Shown piece by piece: positions 45,791 to 64,000 of a stretch of DNA of 64,000 bases. Source of the DNA: the human T2T-CHM13v2.0 reference genome, Homo sapiens; NCBI RefSeq assembly GCF_009914755.1, contig NC_060941.1; one strand, given 5' to 3'. Position 1 is the stretch's first letter; the number at the start of each line of letters is the position of its first letter. The notes below the pieces were generated by a model that searched no databases, was not told the origin of the DNA, and saw only the letters and a program-made list of their open reading frames with translations. The translations under genes and the position numbers were made by a program.

Positions 45791-47399
45791 AAAAGTTTTT
45801 TAAAAAGAAGAGCCAATGGGAAAGTGAGGTGCAGGCAGCACTCTAGCTTGTATCCCTAAACCAGAGACAGTTCCCTGGCATCGGTGCTAGGCCTGTGTCC
45901 TCAGTCCCCTGGAAACTGTGGGAGAGTGTGTGTGGGCATCGTCTCTGGGAAGGGGGTGAAACCCCAGACTGCGTCTCCCCAGGATGGTGCCTGGCACGTG
46001 ACCTGGTTTCGCACACAGTTGGTGCCTCATAAATGCGTGTGAATCATAGAGGCGGATGAGGCCAGCACACAGGGAGAGGCGAGAGCAGGCCCTGGCGTCG
46101 TGGCGTACGCTGTGCCCTGGGGGGTATTTGCATGTGGGAGTCTCTCTGCCCCCACCCTGGCCCCTGAGCGTGGGGACAGTGGGGACAGGTCTCCTCTTTT
46201 TCCTCCCCTGTGTCTGCAGGTGCCTGGCACGGTTGCTGTCCAGGGCTTAGAGGACAGAGGAAGAGCCCCTGAGTCTGTGCACACTCTGCCACCATGGCCC
46301 TGCCCACCTCTGGAGCCCACAGGTGCCCAGCCCAGGCCCCTTGCTTTTGGCTAGACTCCTGCCCTACGGGGACCCCCATGATGGCCACTCAGGAGATGGG
46401 CCCAGGAGGACAGGGGAGTGACTCCAGGCCATGACCGGAAGGGGCCTGTGGCCCCTGTTCCCAGTCCCCAGGGAGACGGGAGGGTCACACGCTGTTATGA
46501 GGAAGAGGACACCGGGCTGGCCCTGGCCCAGGGTGGCCAGCTCTGGTTTCACTACTTGGCCCCAAGCCCCTGAGGCAGGTGCAGGAGCCAGGCACGGTGA
46601 GCAGGGCCCAGTGCCCCTCAGGCTCTGGGGAAGGGGTACAGCCAGGTGGCCCAGAGCAAGGAGGTGCTGTAGACAGGTGTGACCACTTCCAGTCTCTCCC
46701 GGCCTGCTGGCCTTCATCCTCTCCCAGATTCCAAGGGCCACCGCTGGGAGCATGGGGTGGACATCGTCCCACCAGCCTCCTGGATCCACATCCGTAAAGA
46801 CTCCAAAGTGAAGTGAGGCTGGCTTCACTCCAGCTCACAGCAGAGGAGGGGGCAGCCTCAGGGCCCAGCAACTTGCTCAGAGCGCACAGGAGTGCGCTGG
46901 GGCCGGGCCAGCCTGGCCCAGGGCCTCTGACTCTGCCCCCTGCCTGCAGGGCTGCACGGCCACTGTGTTCCACCCTCCAGCGTGGGTAGCAGTCCAGTGC
47001 GTCATTCTGGGGCCTGAGCAGTGTGGCCAGAGGCCGGTCTGGGGTGGAGGCGACCTGGGCTGCAGGTTGTGGCTGGGGTCCTTGCTATGCTTCTGGCAGC
47101 AGGAATCAGAGAAGCAGTAACTGGATCCAGCTGAGGGCCTGGCGGCCACCGAGGGTACGGGCGGCGATCAGGTTGCGGCCGAGCCGTGAGCGTTCCACTG
47201 GACGGCTTCTACATCCGGAAGGGCTGGGCCGGGCCGGGCCGGGAGCCCACACGGGGTTGGAGGAGGGGGGCAGGAACGAGAGAGGCCAAAAGGTGCAGGG
47301 CCGTGAAGAGGGGCGCTGGGCCCACGCTATGAGGAAAAGGGGATCAACCCTGCCCTCCAGCCCCGTAGGCCCTCAGGCCCTCGGGCTCTGGGCTCTGTG

Positions 47400-47560
47400 C
47401 AATCCGGGAGTGGCTGAAATCCAAGCTGAGGGTAATGAAAGGTGCTGCTCCTAAGCCGCACGTCTCTGATCCGCCCTCCCCGCCCGCCCTCTGCTGCCCG
47501 CGGGCCCTCTAAGAGCTGCCCAGGCTGCTGCCGCGGGTCAGAGGCGGGTCAGAGCAGGCA
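47400..47560 (+). promoter_or_regulatory. FSCN2: FSCN2 proximal promoter with DR5 nuclear-receptor element and CRX/OTX-like sites
   Basis: GGGTCA-N5-GGGTCA at 47535-47551, CTAAGCC at 47451-47457, TGATCC at 47467-47472, and GC boxes. TATA-less, ~150-300 bp before the ATG. Confidence 0.6.
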
Positions 47561-47694
47561 GGGGGTTCGTGACGCCGGCTGGGTCTGGGGGCTGTGGGCC
47601 AGCCGAGCCGACCCGGGCTTCTGGGGGACCGCGGGGGCCGTGAGCACTCAGAGGGTGCATCCCAGGCCCCTCCGGGGACCCGGCCAGCCTGAAG

Positions 47695-56392
<8,698 letters not shown>

Positions 56393-56419
56393 GGCCGCGC
56401 CCAGACCAGCCTGTCGCGC

Positions 56420-56425
56420 ATTAAA
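56420..56425 (+). terminator. FSCN2: FSCN2 polyadenylation signal ATTAAA (very short 3'UTR)
   Basis: ATTAAA 27 nt after the stop, followed by GU-rich sequence. Confidence 0.75.
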
Positions 56426-58804
56426 ACCGTGTCTCTCCCGCAGCTGTGGGTGGGCCCCGGGGCGCCGCTTGGGGGTCCTGCAGCTGGAGGTGGAGGAGGC
56501 CCACAATTCTCCCCAAACCAGAGAGAGCCCAGAACTTCCCAGTGCCCAGGGACTCCCGTCTGGGAGGTGGTCTTGTGGATGGGCCGGGTGACCCAGGCCG
56601 CTGGAGGGGAGGTCTCAAGGACATGGGGAGGACGGGGACTGGGGGTGGGTGGGGGACTGAGCCTGCGCGGGTTGAGGCCACCAACACCGACCACAGATGA
56701 CCTCACTGGACACCGCCCCTCCCCAACCTAGGTCCTCAACCCTCCCTAGCCCCCGGCAGCCCCTGCGGTGCTCGTCCTTCCTTGTGCACTGCTCAAGGCC
56801 AGGCGAGTGGCAGAGGGTGGGGGAGAGCCAGTCCTGGGGAGGTGGGACCAGCACGGCCAGCAAGGGGAGGAACTGGCTGGGATGCCCCTCCACTAAGCCC
56901 ACCAGCCTTAGGGACAAAGAAGGGCAGGTTTCCATGGTAAGAGGCTGGAACTCCCCGAGCCACGTGGGCAAGGCGGGTCCGAGTTAACCCTTGGAGGACC
57001 AGGTGCCACCTGGTCCAAGTTGGCAGGGAACGGCAGTGACCCTGGAGCTCGGGCTGTCCCTGCAGCCTGCAGTGTCCCCTGGTGGCAGCCAAGGTGAGGT
57101 GGAGTCTGTGGCTGGGGCGGGACTGGGGGCACCAGGTGGAACCGCAGTGGCTGGCACTCAGCACCTCCAGGCTCCCCGCTCAGCAGAGCCTCGGAGAGGG
57201 TCTGTCTCCCTGCACTGCCCTGCCTGACGTGAACTTGGCCTGCCACTGCGGGAACCCCCACTTCCGTCCACATCCACAGCCTGGGGCACGGCGGGAGGCA
57301 GAGGCTAGGAAGCGGAGGGTGGGGTGGGAGGTCAAAGAAACCCTTTGGAACGGAATAATGGCTGGGCCTGGAAGCGGGGGGCCCACTGCTGCTGCTGAGG
57401 CAGGTGCTACTCCATGCAGAGACAGCTGCCAGCAGCTGCCAGGTGGCGTCTAGCACATGCTCCTAGGAGGAGGGTGAAGAACAGCTGCTCTCACCCCACG
57501 TGTGAGCTGGGTTGAGGGTCATGCAAGGCTACGGTGTCAAGCCAGGATCGGAGTTGGAGCAGGTGGAGGAAGCTGGAAAGGTCGAGAGGCCGCCCCTGCC
57601 ACCGGGGAAGGGCCTCACGTAGTGAGAGCTCAGGTGCTGAGAGCCCAGGAGGTGTGCACTGAAGAGGTGAGGGCAGGGAGGCCCAGGATGGGCGACAGGG
57701 CCCGGGCACACCGTGGTCCGCAGGCTCCCCAAGAAGCTGATTGTGGACCTGCCACCTGCCTCTGAGGCCAAGCCCTCCTCAAATGCCGAGTGTTGAGAGC
57801 AGGTTCCTTGGAGGTGCATGTGAGTTGGGTACATTTCGCCCAGTCCCTGTACACTCTGGCGGCACAGCGGGGCTGGGGACTGCCCACTGTGGTCCCTCCT
57901 TTCCTGCCGCTGTAGATCTCCTTTTTGTTCCACGTGACCTGCTCTCTTGGCCCCTCAGGGTCTGCGTCGCAGCTTTCTTTTCGGGGGGACCACATGGCGT
58001 CTTGAACTAGGCGTCCCCACAGCAGGATCTCAGGCTGGCAGGTGGGCATGAACGTTTGTAAACACACCAGCACTGATGCCTCCACATGGGTGGCCCTGGA
58101 GAATGCCCCAACAGAGGTCAGGACAGCTGGGGACGCCGTCTCAGCCCTGGTGGCCAGCACCGCCTTAGGTCAGGAGGCTGCAGTGCCAAGGACAGCAAGC
58201 TATCTAAACCCCCAGTGTGTGCCCGGGGGTGTGGGGACACCAGTGCGGCTCATCCCTGTGTCTGCTCTTTCACAAGCCACAGTGGTGCCCCCACACCCCC
58301 TGCACAGCTGAGGCTGACAGGGTTGGATGGTGCCACTGCTCTGCACAGACAGCAGCCCCGTGGAAGGCCCCTCAGGCTCCCAGCCTCCTGAGACCTGCTG
58401 GCATCCAGCTGAGGGTGGGGAGATGAGTCCTGCAGGCGACCCAGATCTGTCAGCTCTGGGATCCCTGTGGCCTGTGATGGCGAGTGAGGGGCTGGCACAG
58501 CCCTGGACACACACCCCTCCCCCAGGCGTGTGAACACAGACCCTGCACAGTCCTCCGCCCGCTCATCTAGGGCCTTCTTGGGAGTCCCCACGGGCTGGTC
58601 TAGCCCCTCACTCTCCGAGCCCTGATGCTCAGAGCAAGACACGGGCACAAGCGCTGTACAAAGGTCAGAGCCAGAAGCTCCTGCCCACGGGTGGCAGAGG
58701 ACAGCCCTGGAGCACAGCAGGGATGGGACCGTTAAGGGGTGCAGGCCTGCCTCGGTGGGTGGCTCGCTTGGCCCCAGCTCTCCCAGCAAGCACGGGGCCA
58801 TGGC

Positions 58805-58900
58805 CCCATTGAAAAGGCTGGGTTTGGAGTGTCACCACCCACTGAAAATGCTGGGTTTGGACTGTCTCCACCCGCTGAAGAGGCCGGGTTTGGAGTGTCA
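58805..58900. repeat. 33-bp degenerate tandem repeat x3
   Basis: CCCAYTGAAAAKGCTGGGTTTGGASTGTC-type unit starting at 58805, 58838 and 58871. Confidence 0.85.
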
Positions 58901-60129
58901 TCAGGGCGGCCGTGCTCCCTTAGATGTGGCAACCACTGAGGGAGACAAACCCTGACTAGGAGCACCCCACAGGCCCCTCCCACTCCACAGAGAGGAACGC
59001 AGGGGAGAGCCAGGCAGGGGCCCCAGGCCTCCCAGACACCCCCTTGGAGCAGAGCCCTCCTCAGGGGTAACTGGGTCACAGGGACGCGTCTTCCTCGGAG
59101 GCCACCCCGGTGGTGAGGGCTCCCAAGCAGCGCCAGGGCTCTGGAAGGAGCCCAGTGAGAGAGGGTGGGAAGGGGCGAGAGAAAACAGCCGAGGCCTGAA
59201 GGTTCACGGACAGACAGGGTCGTTTGTCACAGCAGAGAAGCACCTCACGGCTCCTACCCGCACTCATCGCGGACAGTGCCTGCAGCGGGAGCGGCGCGAG
59301 CACCCTCCCCAGATGAAAACACCAGCACCAGGAGGTGGGCCGTAGCCCAGGCTGAGGGAGGAGGCTGGGGGCTGGGGCTCAGGGCCCCCCCCCGGCCACA
59401 GCGCCACCCTGAGTGGCCCTGAAAATAGTGCACAGTGCTGGGTACTGCCCCGGCCGGAGGCACCTAGTTGTTGAGCATTCCGGCCACAGGCCACCCGCTG
59501 GCCCTTCCTTGGTGTGGCACGAGACCACGGGCACTTGCAGGAGCTCCCTGCATGCTGTTTTGTGCTTTGGTCTCAGGGAGCACCCTCCTACCTCGGGGTC
59601 CCAGAGTGGGCAGCCGGGCAGGTGTGAACAGTGTGACAAGGGTACCGTGGGGCACCTGGTAGTGCCACCCAGAGGGGCAGCCGGTGCTCCTGGTGGTGTG
59701 GCAGCAACAGTTACAAACTCACCCCAAGTCCAAACCCCAGAAATCCTGTTTCTCTGGCCCTCCGGGTCCAGAATGCCCTGCACTGCCTCCTGGCCTCAGG
59801 GGCTGCTGCGGTGGTGGGAAGGCTGCCCAGCAGTGAGGAAGGCGAGTGCAGGGGCTGCGGCCGCGGTCAGAGAAGGAGAGACACCAGCAGAGGACGCGAA
59901 GCTGGACCGGCCAGGTTCAGAGCCCGCCTCGGTTGCTCCCAATCAGAATCTGCTTTGTGCTCCACGGCCTCCAAGCACTTTCATGAGCGTTCTGCTCCTA
60001 CGTGGCCAGGTCCTACCTTCCCTGACGGCTCTGGCCAGGCCAGCTCGGTTTCCCTCTAACCCATGAGGCCTGGGGGGGCTGTGACAGAGGCTGGAAGCGT
60101 GGCCAGAGCCCAGGGGCAGGCCCGCCTGG

Positions 60130-63408
<3,279 letters not shown>

Positions 63409-64000
63409 CTGCAACACAGGAGCCACCTCACTGCCTGCCTGTGGCACTCCCACCTGCCCGGGGGGCTCAGGCTACACAGGAGCCTCCCCAGCTGGCAGCA
63501 CGTGAGGCCCTGAGATGGTCCCAACCCCCTGCCCTGGGCTGTCCTATACCCTGAAGGAGCAGAGCTCAGTACCCTGGTTTAGCTTTTTCCACCTGAAGAA
63601 CCAGCCACCAACCAATGGCAAGAACCTGCTCTGTACCCAGATGTGTCCAGGAAGACACCATCCCTCAGACCTGTGGAATTCACGCAGGGCCTCGAGCCAG
63701 ACTGGGGCCTGCTCCAGAAGAAGGCCACTACTGTGACACACCTTGTGGACAACCTACATGTAGATCCTGCCACGCCCTTGGGGGGCCCAGATCCGTCCCC
63801 CCACACCAGGCATCACAGATCACCTCTGGCAGCAGGGTTAGGGCATCGCTGTGGGCACTGGGAGCTGCTGGGCCTATCTATGGGACACCCACCTGTCCCT
63901 TAGGAAGGTTGGACTGAGCTGAGCTGGACAACAAATGGCAAGAACAGGCCAAGAGCCAGGAAGCCGGGCTTATTCTGCACACACAGCACAAGAGGTGAGA

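Overview
GC-rich, Alu-dense primate (human-type) genomic DNA, recognisable as the 17q25.3 ACTG1-FSCN2-FAAP100 interval. It holds the complete gamma-cytoplasmic actin gene ACTG1 (minus strand, 5 coding exons, 375 aa), the complete retinal/hair-cell fascin gene FSCN2 (plus strand, 5 exons, 492 aa, with an in-frame 24-aa longer alternative acceptor), and the last three coding exons of FAAP100 (minus strand, convergent with FSCN2). The left 28 kb is non-coding: CpG-island-like promoter elements, many Alus, old L1/MLT/MIR fragments and simple repeats. Almost all other ORFs in the track are artefacts of GC content, Alus or simple repeats. I see no new protein-coding system. The best candidates for a second look are: (1) mutually complementary simple-repeat tracts flanking FSCN2 exon 2, which could loop it out; (2) a compact MEF2/CRX/E-box enhancer-like cluster in FSCN2 intron 1; (3) the 41-nt ACTG1 poison exon with downstream GCAUG motifs; (4) a 19-bp stem in the ACTG1 3'UTR that covers a miR-10 seed match; (5) a CArG/AP-1/ETS/CCAAT module 2 kb upstream of ACTG1; and (6) several unusual Alu architectures, including an AluYa5/older-Alu chimera. 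Repeat boundaries and family calls were made by eye and are approximate.
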